NCBI GenBank assembly: GCA_035489575.1
Contig: DATHJY010000007.1
Location: 1,047-65,046 of the forward strand
Reading direction: 5' to 3'
Origin: Verrucomicrobiia bacterium
Lineage (GTDB): Bacteria; Patescibacteriota; Saccharimonadia; Saccharimonadales; JAGQNK01
DNA length: 64,000 nt
Under the pieces are notes generated by a model that ran no database searches, had not been told where the DNA came from, and saw only the letters and a program-made list of their open reading frames with translations. Position 1 is the first letter of the stretch. Every line of letters starts with the position of its first letter. This document shows positions 47,231 through 56,507 of this stretch, piece by piece. The position numbers and the translations under genes were made by a program.

Positions 47231-49392
47231 CGAACTGCTAGCAGGCCTAGGTCGCGAGCGACCGCATATGCCGGCCCATGGTAATCAACCGGCCCCTCAA
47301 CGCCCTTTTGAGCGTTGAGCATATCAGCAATTCGATGGTTCATATCAAAGGGCCGATAGGTCACAGGCTTGCCACGCTCACGCATCTTGGCAATACTCAC
47401 GGCCGTAATATTACCGCCACCGTATGCTGCGATACTATCACTAGCACCAAGGAATGTGCGAGTGGTAGGCGAAAGCAGTCCACTTGCCCGCTGTTCATAG
47501 CGATACCCGCCCCATCCCTGATCTTTGACCACTACCAGCTCATCCACACCGTCGGTGACCTCTTCGTTACGGCCAACAGCCGTGCTGGCAACGATTCCCA
47601 AAGTATGAAAACCAAGTTCTTTTATAACCGGATACAATCGGCCAATGCCGTAAGGAGTAGCGCCGATGGCAATAGCCGTTTCCTCTGGATCAAGCGCCTC
47701 CAGATCCTCTACCACCGCATCAACCAGTCCGTCCGGATCTTCGTACTCTAGCAGCGAGTAACCAAACAGAGCGTGGACCTGCATGCCGTGTTCTCTGGCC
47801 TTGCGTATGGCGCTTATAACTCCCAGCGGCTTGACGACCCCCATCTTGAGCCGGTTCTTTCCGGAACCGTCTGCGTTAATGATGTTGGCCATGTTGCCAA
47901 TAAAAGCATCTGTAAAATATTCGTCTGTCGACACTAGGTCGCGACAAGTGGCCAGCAAGTCCTCCTGCGAGATCTGATCGTCCGAGACCAGCCGATACAA
48001 ATCAGCCGCACCCTGAGCAATAGCCAGCCTAGTTCTGGCAAAGTCGCTGCCCAGGGTCGTACTACGCCTTCCTGGCAGGTCAAAAAAGTTGCCAGACAGC
48101 TTACGGAAGACGTGAGCCAGCACAGTGGCACGCTCACCCATAAAGTGCTCGACCACCGTGCCGTCAGTGGCTTCAAACGGCATACGCTCGCCAGGGGTGC
48201 GCATGATGGCGTCTGCGATTGTGTCACGGGTGGGATCGTAGGCGTCTTCGTGCAGAATCTCGAACAAAATCATACGCATGGCAACTCGACGATCCCACTC
48301 CTCACCGGCGGCTATGCCCTCTAGGTCAACTGCCGGTAACAGCGTCTCGTGTATAAGCTTGGTGGCATCTTCACAGTATTTGCGCATACTCACGCCTTCA
48401 CGTTCGGCACCTAGCAGCAACTCTTCATACAGCCTGCGAGTATGGTTGACATCATGATGGAAGAATTCATAAGGTGTCTGCGGGCGACCATCGACCGTCA
48501 GCGTATCTGTTGAAGCCCCGACAATTCCTATCGGCACGCCGCGAACCTTCAAAAGATCAAAGGCCGTCAGGCCGGCCGTTGATGGCAGCACAAAATAATC
48601 ATCTTCGCGCGGCAGAGTGTGCCAGTCATACTCGAACCGTTTGGTGTGGTAAATCGGTGGCGAGTCTGGCTCGTTCACCCGGGCAACGACGTCAAAAAAT
48701 GCAACCGTGTCTTCTATCAGATCAAGCGTGCTGGTATATCCAAAGGTTCCTTCGTCAATCTTATCCTGAACATTTCGAATAACACGATCGCGCATCTTGC
48801 TTGTCGCAGGAGAGAGATCGCAAGCAGCCAGGACTTGCTGCTTGTTAACCAAGTCATAATAGAGCGTCTTCAGGGTAGCACCGAACTCTGGGAATAATGC
48901 CTCCATGCCGCCTTCTGTCCGACGCTTGTTGAACTCATCGTATACCGCTAGCGGATCACTCAGCAGGCGGTCCATAGCAGCCTGTTCTTCGGCCTTCGCT
49001 TCGACCTTATAGGATTCTGGCAGTTCCTCACGGCGCCACTCAGCTGGCTCGCCGTCGTCTAGAACCACCTCTGTAAAGTACGTGGCCTTATCTAGGGCGC
49101 GGCTGGTAGGCTGTTCGGGATACGCTTCGGTTCGGCGCAACTCGTACGGAAAATCATCGCTGTCGGCCGCAACCTGAAAGCTATACGTAACGTGTGCCAG
49201 GTGATTCTCTGCCTGCGTAAGTATGGGCATGAGCCCCGGATCACTGGACTGATCAGGGTATAACGCCGCAAACTCCTCGGGGTTTTCGGCTATGTCGTGT
49301 AGACGGTCCAGAAAATAACCGACTTGTTCGCGGTTTTCTGCCTCTGCACCATCATATACACCGTCTCTCTCAATAGATACTGACACGTCCAA
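47227..49392 (-). CDS. large hypothetical protein; the C-terminal ~170 aa look Rossmann/LOG-SLOG-like
   Basis: 721-aa ORF with backbone composition. The C-terminus AIGATPYGIGRL...LGIVAST...AYGGGNIT resembles LOG/DprA-type nucleotide-binding folds (tentative). Confidence 0.55.
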   Translation of the reverse strand: MDVSVSIERDGVYDGAEAENREQVGYFLDRLHDIAENPEEFAALYPDQSSDPGLMPILTQAENHLAHVTYSFQVAADSDDFPYELRRTEAYPEQPTSRALDKATYFTEVVLDDGEPAEWRREELPESYKVEAKAEEQAAMDRLLSDPLAVYDEFNKRRTEGGMEALFPEFGATLKTLYYDLVNKQQVLAACDLSPATSKMRDRVIRNVQDKIDEGTFGYTSTLDLIEDTVAFFDVVARVNEPDSPPIYHTKRFEYDWHTLPREDDYFVLPSTAGLTAFDLLKVRGVPIGIVGASTDTLTVDGRPQTPYEFFHHDVNHTRRLYEELLLGAEREGVSMRKYCEDATKLIHETLLPAVDLEGIAAGEEWDRRVAMRMILFEILHEDAYDPTRDTIADAIMRTPGERMPFEATDGTVVEHFMGERATVLAHVFRKLSGNFFDLPGRRSTTLGSDFARTRLAIAQGAADLYRLVSDDQISQEDLLATCRDLVSTDEYFTDAFIGNMANIINADGSGKNRLKMGVVKPLGVISAIRKAREHGMQVHALFGYSLLEYEDPDGLVDAVVEDLEALDPEETAIAIGATPYGIGRLYPVIKELGFHTLGIVASTAVGRNEEVTDGVDELVVVKDQGWGGYRYEQRASGLLSPTTRTFLGASDSIAAYGGGNITAVSIAKMRERGKPVTYRPFDMNHRIADMLNAQKGVEGPVDYHGPAYAVARDLGLLAVR

Positions 49393-49485
49393 AACATCCT
49401 TATTTTAATTTATAATAACATTTTTGTGCAATTTGTGCAATACTTTAGTGTACAATATACAATAATCTGGTATAGTGAGTCTATC

Positions 49486-50166
49486 GTGAAGTATGCTACC
49501 GAATATGTGCCCCCGATCCTTGTAGTCGATAGCGTCATCTTTCAGTTGGTCGATAACCAGCTGTGCGTATTGTTAATCCGCCGATCCCAAGACCCATTCA
49601 CAGGCGTCCGTGCCCTTCCTGGTGGATACAACGCCCAAGGTCAAACCACTAGAGACGCTATGGCACGCGTCCTCAAAACTAAGACCGGCTTGAACACAAA
49701 AGACCTGCCCTTGATCGAGCAGCTCTATACCTTTGACACCGTAGCCCGTGACCCCCGTGGTCACGCCGTATCAGTCACCTACATGGGACTGGGTAAAGAC
49801 CTCGTGCCCGTCAGCAGTACCACTACGCAAGAGCCAGAGTTCTTTCCTGTAAAACAACTGCCTGACCTTGCCTATGACCACGGCAGCATCATCCAGTACG
49901 CCCACGATCGCTTGCAGGCCAAGGTGACCTATACCAACGCCGTATTCTCGCTATTGCCAGAGTTCTTTACCCTTACCCAGTTACAATCTGCCTACGAGGC
50001 CATCTTGGGCCGCGAGCTAGACAAACGCAATTTCCGCAAGAAATTCCTCAGCCTAGACCTTATTCACGCCACCAACGAATACCGCCGCGAAGGTGCCCAC
50101 CGACCCGCACAGCTGCACACCTTTAATAAACAATCACTCGAGACCCTCGTCCGCAGCTTTGATTAA
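49486..50166 (+). CDS. nrtR: NrtR-like regulator (Nudix-like domain plus C-terminal winged helix)
   Basis: Nudix-fold N-terminal half, then a C-terminal half YDHGSIIQYAHDRLQAKVTYTN..F..LP..FTL.QLQ..YE.ILG...DKRNFRKK typical of NrtR. GTG start at 49486 assumed. Confidence 0.7.
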   Translation: MKYATEYVPPILVVDSVIFQLVDNQLCVLLIRRSQDPFTGVRALPGGYNAQGQTTRDAMARVLKTKTGLNTKDLPLIEQLYTFDTVARDPRGHAVSVTYMGLGKDLVPVSSTTTQEPEFFPVKQLPDLAYDHGSIIQYAHDRLQAKVTYTNAVFSLLPEFFTLTQLQSAYEAILGRELDKRNFRKKFLSLDLIHATNEYRREGAHRPAQLHTFNKQSLETLVRSFD

Positions 50167-50388
50167 CAAGTAATAAATATTTCACATGGCGGGAAGGAGG
50201 ATGGGCTAAAGAGCCTTTCTACTGTTACTTCCGCGCCATGACCTGGCAGGCATATATACATGACTGTAAGGATTTATACTCCACAGAGAAAAAGAGAGCT
50301 TACGGGAAGGACCGGGTGGTTGAAGGGCCGAAGCCACATTGACATGCCGTCAATCTCCAACCACCCGGTCCTGGCATCACCCGTCAGA

Positions 50389-50634
50389 TCAGGCGAGCAC
50401 CTTGGCGGTCACCGGCTGGCCGGCGGCCATGGCACCGAAGTTGAACTCGTCGTTCTTGACGCCCTCCACGAAGGCATCCCACTCGCCGCGGGTGAAGGTG
50501 AGGGTCGGACCCTGCCGATCCTTCGTGTCGCGCACGACGACGTTGCCGTCGACGACAGCTGTCTCCACGCACTGCATGCCGTCGCTGAACGAACTCGTCA
50601 GCCAGTCGATGGTGCTGTCCTGGTGCTGTGACAT
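50389..50634 (-). CDS. cassette C8: DUF397 domain protein (GC3-rich)
   Basis: DWLTSSFSDGMQCVETAVVDGNVVVRDTKDRQGPTLTFTRGEWDAFVEGVKNDEF matches the DUF397 pattern (W..SS.S....CVE.A....V.VRDSKD..GP.L.F....W..F..G.K.GEF). AGGAGAGG SD. Confidence 0.8.
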   Translation of the reverse strand: MSQHQDSTIDWLTSSFSDGMQCVETAVVDGNVVVRDTKDRQGPTLTFTRGEWDAFVEGVKNDEFNFGAMAAGQPVTAKVLA

Positions 50635-51024
50635 TGATATTGCCTCTCCTGTAGCTGTCGACTACACCCTGGTGGGTGAGCCTCCCGGTTTCCTGAGTAA
50701 ACTACCTCAAGGTGGGATGGCTACACGCTACTAAAGCGTGCACCTATCCCACCTTGAACTTTCTCTTATGAAGGTACAAATGGCCCTTAAAATAAGGGTC
50801 ATTCATGTAACGTCCCCCATCTGCCATGCAAATGAGGGGTGCCGAACAAGTCTAAGATGTAAGGGGCTTGGGTTCTGTTAAAAATCACACAATGGCAGTT
50901 CATTTTTTGTTGCATGTAGCCTCAAACTTCTTGGGGGCTCAGTACAAAAGTTCATATACTTAGTAGAGCAGGCGCAAAGGAAAAATGAGTATGGGCGTCG
51001 CATCCGTTCACCTCTTATAAATTA

Positions 51025-51053
51025 TTGACAAATATTAAGTATTAAAGTATAAT
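51025..51053 (+). promoter_or_regulatory. consensus sigma70 promoter of the C9 three-gene unit
   Basis: TTGACA (51025-51030), 17 nt, then TATAAT (51048-51053). Confidence 0.6.
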
Positions 51054-51185
51054 AAACATATTCTCAGGTGGTCGCACTTGCGTATCATTTGAGCACTTTG
51101 ACATGTCAGGCAAATCGTTTGGGATATGGATACGAGCCATCTTGTGATGTTTCATATCCATACCCCAACCGAGAAACGAGATTCC

Positions 51186-51392
51186 GTGATCCCCAAGTCC
51201 GTCCGCAAGTGGACGCTCCGTCTGATGGTCGTCGGTGTCGGCGTCGTGGCTTACATCACCAAGCCCTGGTGGCGTGGTGAGAAGCTCGACCTGCCCTCGC
51301 GACATGTCCTCGACACGTCGACCCGCCAGATCGCCAACGAACGCCACGTCGGCTTCGACGAGGCCCAGCGCCTGGAAGCAACACCACGATGA
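51186..51392 (+). CDS. cassette C9a: GC3-rich small membrane protein
   Basis: GTG start assumed. One TM helix (LRLMVVGVGVVAYI). ATGA junction with the next frame. Confidence 0.5.
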   Translation: MIPKSVRKWTLRLMVVGVGVVAYITKPWWRGEKLDLPSRHVLDTSTRQIANERHVGFDEAQRLEATPR

Positions 51393-51469
51393 TCGAACGA
51401 GTCCGGAGAGTCTTCGGCCTCACCCGAGCCATCGTCGCGTTTCGCAACCCCCAGCAACAGGAGACATCC

Positions 51470-51682
51470 ATGATCAAGAAGATCTTCGTCGGAACCGTCC
51501 TCGCGGCCGTTGGTACCATCGGTGCCATCATGGCCTACGACGCCGCCAGCGCCGACCGCGACCAGCGCATCGTCCGCGGCATCAGGACCATGGCCCGCAC
51601 TCCGTGGACCCCGGTCAACAACGTCCGCGACCGCTACCAGCGGCGTGCCCGACGGCAGCAGGAAGTCACATCCCCCACCTGA
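51470..51682 (+). CDS. cassette C9b: GC3-rich small membrane protein
   Basis: AGGAGA SD then the ATG at 51470. MIKKIFVGTVLAAVGTIGAIMAY TM helix and an Arg-rich tail. Confidence 0.6.
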   Translation: MIKKIFVGTVLAAVGTIGAIMAYDAASADRDQRIVRGIRTMARTPWTPVNNVRDRYQRRARRQQEVTSPT

Positions 51683-51698
51683 CCCCGGAGGTCAGATC

Positions 51699-51863
51699 AT
51701 GAGCCAGACCCTCAAGCGCCTCATCATGGCACTCGGTGTCCTCGGCATCGTTGCCCTCATCACCGAGGTCGTGACGCTCGACGTCAAGATCGACTGGACC
51801 AACATCGGCGGCTCCACCGGAGACACCGCGCCCCAGGACGATCACGACGTGCAGCAGAGCTGA
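51699..51863 (+). CDS. cassette C9c: GC3-rich small membrane protein (54 aa)
   Basis: GGAGG SD then the ATG at 51699. TM helix LIMALGVLGIVALI. Confidence 0.55.
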   Translation: MSQTLKRLIMALGVLGIVALITEVVTLDVKIDWTNIGGSTGDTAPQDDHDVQQS

Positions 51864-51870
51864 ACCAGTT

Positions 51871-51909
51871 GGGGTGCCTCGTGGCGCTAGTATTGCCACG
51901 AAGCACCCC
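51871..51909 (+). terminator. GC hairpin ending the C9 unit
   Basis: GGGGTGCCTCGTGGC pairs with GCCACGAAGCACCCC, followed by a pyrimidine tract, a second small hairpin and TATTTTTATATA. Confidence 0.5.
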
Positions 51910-52081
51910 GCTGGCCTCGGCCTCTTCTCTCGTTCCGCCTGACATGTCATATCACTTATTCGAAAACCACAGCCACCCACCTGGTGGTATTTTTATATAT
52001 AAAATTAGACCCCCATCCCTGCATCTTCCATACCATGAGGCACGAAAGAAGAGAAATGGGGGCCAGGGCCTCTTGTCGGAA

Positions 52082-52549
52082 CTACTCCTGTGCTGGCTCG
52101 AGACGCCTCGCCCCTTGGGGTTGCGTGGTCTCGAGTGGCGCTGAGATGCTAGAAATCACTAAGGTCTCTGAGCCAAAGAAACTGGCACATATCACCATCT
52201 GGCGGCGGAAGCCATCGTCACCGGTGGCGCGCACCGTAAACTGGGCATCGTCGAACTTTCCTTTGCAAGTACTGTTCCCAAAGCCCCACACCGTTGCCTT
52301 GTCAATGACCTCAACGTCCGAGTATTCGGCTCGTTCAGTGGCATCGATGGCTACCTGGTCAGAGATCATGGCAGCCTGCACAGGTATGGACAACAGAACA
52401 AGAACGATCAAAGCCGCCACTACGCCGACAATAACTACACCCAGGTGCTGATCCGTCAGCTTCCAGGGGAACCAAGGCTTCTGTGGAGCGGGCTCGTAGG
52501 CACTGAGGTCAGCTGGTATGTAGGGGGGATATGGATCGTAAGGTGGCAA
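52082..52549 (-). CDS. Pro/Tyr-rich N-terminus, single-TM membrane protein (intermediate GC)
   Basis: GGAGG SD 5 nt before the TTG at 52549. PPYDPYPPYIPADLSAYEPAPQKPW, then a TM helix and a ~95-aa ectodomain. Confidence 0.55.
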   Translation of the reverse strand: MPPYDPYPPYIPADLSAYEPAPQKPWFPWKLTDQHLGVVIVGVVAALIVLVLLSIPVQAAMISDQVAIDATERAEYSDVEVIDKATVWGFGNSTCKGKFDDAQFTVRATGDDGFRRQMVICASFFGSETLVISSISAPLETTQPQGARRLEPAQE

Positions 52550-52680
52550 GATGACCTCCAAGGTCACAGAGTAAGTACGGATAGAAAAAAACGCACTGTA
52601 TGCGCTTATCTCTAGCCGTACTATCTGACAAGAAGCTGTAAAGGTACCCTGGAGCAAAAAGCTCTACAAAAGTAGAATAT

Positions 52681-52709
52681 ATTATACTATTTATATTGTA
52701 TTGAGTCAA
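52681..52709 (-). promoter_or_regulatory. sigma70 promoter for the 52082-52549 gene
   Basis: Minus strand reads TTGACT, 17 nt, TATAAT. Confidence 0.5.
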
Positions 52710-53009
52710 CAACGAGTCCAGGCCAACTCTTTTGGCCAGACGGTCGCGCTTGAGCTACAATGTGCATACGCTAACCGTCTAACAAAGACAAAGACAGCGC
52801 TCGGACCAGACCTCGGAAAGACCGTCACCGTAGAAAAAATAGTCCGTAACCTTGCCGCCAAAGACTACGACGCAATCATAGCCCAGTAAGCAGTTCGTGC
52901 TCCGTAGAAAGCATCGTGAATTGTGTCTTGCACACACTACCTCTTGACGAAACCAGCAATTCCATGTGATGCTGAGGCATCCCTTGCCGTTGACACCTTC
53001 GGAGGAACA

Positions 53010-53501
53010 GTGACGGAACATCCGGGAAGCACTACAACACCACACACGGCTCGCACCATACTGGCCTTTATGGCTACTACCGAGCAGCTCGAGCTCGCCT
53101 GCGCCCAGCTACTAGATGACCCGCTGATTACCGCAGTAGGAGCATCGAGCAAGCCTTCAGCGATACTGACCATTACCAAATCACCACGTGTGATGTGGCA
53201 TGTGATCCAGCCAACTATAGAAAAAGTGCTCAGCAGCATTATGGATGGACCGCTGAACATCAGCATCGTTGCAAGCGGCTACACTGGTGGGGTCGCATTC
53301 TTTGTTACCAAGTCCCACGCTCAGCGACATACGCTCACCATCAGCATAGAGGGAGGGGTTTATGAGGAGCTGCTGTTACTCTGTGAAGAGCAAGGCATCA
53401 CCATCACCGACCTCGTAAGGCGTGGCGTCGTCCTTCACAAGTTCTTGTGGGAACATCGTGACAAGAAGCTCAACGAACTGCTCCGGCTGCTTGGGATGTA
53501 G
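53010..53501 (+). CDS. cassette C10: protein with C-terminal ribbon-helix-helix (CopG/Arc-like) domain
   Basis: GGAGG SD then the GTG at 53010 (alternative ATG at 53070). C-terminal HTLTISIEGGVYEELLLLCEEQGITITDLVRRGV has a beta-alpha-alpha pattern. Confidence 0.55.
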   Translation: MTEHPGSTTTPHTARTILAFMATTEQLELACAQLLDDPLITAVGASSKPSAILTITKSPRVMWHVIQPTIEKVLSSIMDGPLNISIVASGYTGGVAFFVTKSHAQRHTLTISIEGGVYEELLLLCEEQGITITDLVRRGVVLHKFLWEHRDKKLNELLRLLGM

Positions 53502-53587
53502 AAATCAGTGCAACGTGCCAGGAGCGTGCGAATGTTACGCGGCAGCTTAGCCGGGCATTCGCCGCTCACTGGTACTATTTATTTTGC

Positions 53588-53621
53588 AAAAAAGAACCCC
53601 ATACACAGGGGTTCTTTTTTT
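53588..53621. terminator. bidirectional intrinsic terminator
   Basis: AAAAAAGAACCCC-loop-GGGGTTCTTTTTTT. Confidence 0.65.
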
Positions 53622-53725
53622 GAACAAGCATCATACAGTAAGTGTTGACAAGACACTAAGGTTGCGTTAGTATCAGAGCAATACTTACTTAGTGTATTTA
53701 GAACAATAACTAATCAAACAGGACA

Positions 53726-54973
53726 GTGAAGATGGAAAACTCGCCCATAACCTACGGACCAGAACTGGAGAGATCTTACATCACCTCCGGCCTAGACTAT
53801 TACAAGCCCACGATGAGCCAGTTGGCGCACGAGATAGAGCCAGACGCCGAGGTCACCTTCACCCTAAAAAACAGAGGTGAACAGAGGTTGGTGGAATACA
53901 TCGAGCCAGAGCAGTTGCAGGCCCGGTTAGACACTATCCAGGGGCGTGGCTTTAACCAAACCGAACTAGACTACATGGCCAGTCTGCATGACAGCCAGGG
54001 CGTACGCGTCTTTGCTGATTCGTTCCTGCAACACATTGCCGACACTCCCCTGCCAGAAGCAACCGTCACTATAGAAGACAACGACATAGCCGTACATACC
54101 ACCGGCGAGTGGAGCATGGCCACCTACTGGGAAACCGTGGTCATGAGCGAAGTCAACGAACTGTATTTTGAAAGCTATGTGACCAAAAACGGCCTGGATA
54201 TCTTCGAAGTCTACGACGAAGGCGACCGCCGCTTGAGCGAAAAGATCGAGATACTGCAACAAAACCCAGACATCAAAATTGTCGACTTTGGTACCCGCCG
54301 TCACTTCTCGCACCGCTGGCAACGGCACGTGACAGAACGCCTGGTCAACGAGTACCCGGACAATATGGTAGGTACCAGTAACGTCGCCCTGGCTAATGCC
54401 CTGGACATCAAGCCCATCGGCACCTTTGCCCATGAAATGCCCATGGTCTACGCCGGCCTGGCCGACAGCCGTGGCCAAGACATCCGGGCTTCGCATCATC
54501 AGTTCTTAGAGGATTGGCACGACCGCTACGGCGAAGACCTGTCTACCGTCCTGACCGACACTTTCACCACCAACTTCTTCTTTTCAGACTTTACATCAGA
54601 GCAAGCCGCCGAGTGGCGGGCCCTGCGTCATGATTCGGGCGATCCCATAGAATTTGGCGAACGCGCCCTGGCCTTTTACGAACAACATGGCATAGACCCT
54701 ACCACCAAAACCATTGTTTTTAGCGACGGTCTAAATATCGAAGAAATCGTGAAACTACACAATCATTTCAAGGATCGCGTTGGTGTCATCTTTGGCTGGG
54801 GCACCACACTGACCAACGACCTCGGCATTCCGCCATTGAATATCGTTATGAAAGCCACCGAGGTCGATGGCACGCCCACCGTCAAGCTGAGTGACAACCC
54901 CGGCAAACACACCGGCCCTGCCGGAAAAATAGCCCTGTACCAACACATTTTTCAAGAGGAGATCACAGCATGA
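53726..54973 (+). CDS. pncB: nicotinate phosphoribosyltransferase
   Basis: 415 aa with NAPRTase-like motifs (FGTRR, SDGL) and NAD-salvage gene context. Confidence 0.8.
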   Translation: MKMENSPITYGPELERSYITSGLDYYKPTMSQLAHEIEPDAEVTFTLKNRGEQRLVEYIEPEQLQARLDTIQGRGFNQTELDYMASLHDSQGVRVFADSFLQHIADTPLPEATVTIEDNDIAVHTTGEWSMATYWETVVMSEVNELYFESYVTKNGLDIFEVYDEGDRRLSEKIEILQQNPDIKIVDFGTRRHFSHRWQRHVTERLVNEYPDNMVGTSNVALANALDIKPIGTFAHEMPMVYAGLADSRGQDIRASHHQFLEDWHDRYGEDLSTVLTDTFTTNFFFSDFTSEQAAEWRALRHDSGDPIEFGERALAFYEQHGIDPTTKTIVFSDGLNIEEIVKLHNHFKDRVGVIFGWGTTLTNDLGIPPLNIVMKATEVDGTPTVKLSDNPGKHTGPAGKIALYQHIFQEEITA

Positions 54974-55782
54974 GCCCCGAAATGCGTAATGCCGAACCAC
55001 CCCACCCCGAAGAGATTATCCGCCGCGGCAGCATAGAGCTACTGGCCCAACGCGTCAAAGATCAGGCTTGGCCTGGCTATCCGCCATACGAAGAACGCAT
55101 CCAGGCAGACAACCTGCTGTATGTACCAGAACAACACAACGTGCTGCTACCCACCGACTATGGCTGGGTCAACCAAGCTGACCTAGCTGACGCTAGTTTT
55201 CGTAAGGAATATCCGGACACCGTCACCCAGTTTGATGCTGAGGGGCGCCCCTTGCACCCCTGGTTCTGGGACATGCTCCAGAGCGAAGCCGGTGTGCTAG
55301 GTGGCAAAGGTGCCTACTGGGAATGGGGACCGAATTACACCGCCGACCCCATCATCGTTCGTCACGACCTAGAAGAGCCGCATGTACTGCTCATTCAACG
55401 CTCGGATACGCACGGCTGGGCGCTGCCCGGTGGCTTTGTAGATCCTGGCGAAACCGGATTCTATGCGGCCATGCGCGAAGCTGGGGAAGAAACTGGTCCA
55501 GATATACAAATGGCCCTCCGCCGACCCGGCGTGGGTATGCACCTGGTATATCAGGGCCCCGTAGCCGACCTGCGAGCGACCGCCCATGCCTGGCCCGAAA
55601 CTACAGCAGTGCGATTTGATATCCCCGATCATGTAGCCACCGAACATTTACTAGAGATGCAGTGGGAAGGCAACGATGAAGCAGGCGAAATCGAAGCCGT
55701 CGCCTGGGTGCCTCTGAGCGAGATTGGCAACCGACTGCATGGCTCCCACCGCTTTCTTATCGAGACTGCTCTGGCTGCTTGA
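54970..55782 (+). CDS. Nudix hydrolase (ADP-ribose pyrophosphatase-like)
   Basis: Nudix box GGFVDPGETGFYAAMREAGEETG. ATGA overlap with pncB. Confidence 0.75.
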   Translation: MSPEMRNAEPPHPEEIIRRGSIELLAQRVKDQAWPGYPPYEERIQADNLLYVPEQHNVLLPTDYGWVNQADLADASFRKEYPDTVTQFDAEGRPLHPWFWDMLQSEAGVLGGKGAYWEWGPNYTADPIIVRHDLEEPHVLLIQRSDTHGWALPGGFVDPGETGFYAAMREAGEETGPDIQMALRRPGVGMHLVYQGPVADLRATAHAWPETTAVRFDIPDHVATEHLLEMQWEGNDEAGEIEAVAWVPLSEIGNRLHGSHRFLIETALAA

Positions 55783-55824
55783 CCAGCAGCCGTGAAGCCA
55801 AGAACTTCACTGAGTCCTGTCACC

Positions 55825-55995
55825 TTAACGTCGGTAGACTTCTCGACGGTGCTGTAGGTGCAGAATTACAATGTTTTGTGCATCCACGTCAAAAAGAATT
55901 CGGTAGGTACCCACCCGAAAACGATACTGAGCGTCCGCTGGTTTGTTAAAGGTTCTGCAAAAGTGGTTGCATGCGAACGTCAATGAGTCATAAAA
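55825..55995 (-). pseudogene. 5'-truncated RelE/ParE-family toxin remnant
   Basis: Minus-strand frame ...FNKPADAQYRFRVGTYRILFDVDAQNIVILHLQHRREVYRR* is a typical RelE/ParE C-terminal half. A TGA blocks the frame upstream and there is no N-terminal half or antitoxin. Confidence 0.55.
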
Positions 55996-55996
55996 T
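55967..55996 (+). promoter_or_regulatory. candidate promoter of cassette C7
   Basis: TTGCAT, 18 nt, then TAAAAT (55991-55996); CGTCTC follows at 56003-56008 as in the other cassettes. Confidence 0.35.
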
Positions 55997-56078
55997 CATA
56001 AGCGTCTCGTTCAAAATCCGAGCGAGGCTTTTGCAGTGGGGAGGCGTTAAAACCACCCCATATACAAGGAGCATGTTC

Positions 56079-56507
56079 ATGACACACAAGCTAAAGATCA
56101 GGGTTCCTGCAGAACACCGCACGGCGTTCTCGGGCACCAACGGCAGCAGCTTCACCTTCGATGAGGCCGCCCATCCCGAGAAGGGCATCCATGGCGTTGC
56201 CATGTCAAGCAATGCCATGGCACCGGCAGACCAAGATCGGGTGCTGTGGGTCAACCAGGAGCAGTTCGAGGCACTGTCACGGTACGTGTTGGCTCACCCC
56301 CAACTTCCGCAGGCTGGGACGTACTCCGTCCGCGGTACGGACCTGGTGCTGACCATCAGCGACGACCAGATCTTGTTCATCCACGGAGATGGCACAACCG
56401 TGTACGACCCAGATCTCAGCGCCTGGTCGGGCATGGTCCAGCACTTCCGTGACGGTCGTCGGCCCGGCCAACCCGTCACCGACGGACCGATTCTGGCCGT
56501 CGCCTAG
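56079..56507 (+). CDS. cassette C7: GC3-rich hypothetical protein (142 aa)
   Basis: AAGGAG SD at 56066-56071, 7 nt before the ATG at 56079. No recognisable domain. Confidence 0.65.
   Translation: MTHKLKIRVPAEHRTAFSGTNGSSFTFDEAAHPEKGIHGVAMSSNAMAPADQDRVLWVNQEQFEALSRYVLAHPQLPQAGTYSVRGTDLVLTISDDQILFIHGDGTTVYDPDLSAWSGMVQHFRDGRRPGQPVTDGPILAVA

Noticed and set aside
52701-52889. 62-aa + strand ORF (TTG start) upstream of the RHH gene
   Set aside because: Its start lies upstream of the only plausible promoter (TTGGCC-N18-TACAAT, 52732-52761), it has no SD, and the region looks like a leader carrying CCGTCT and AGACAAAGACAG boxes. Left unannotated.
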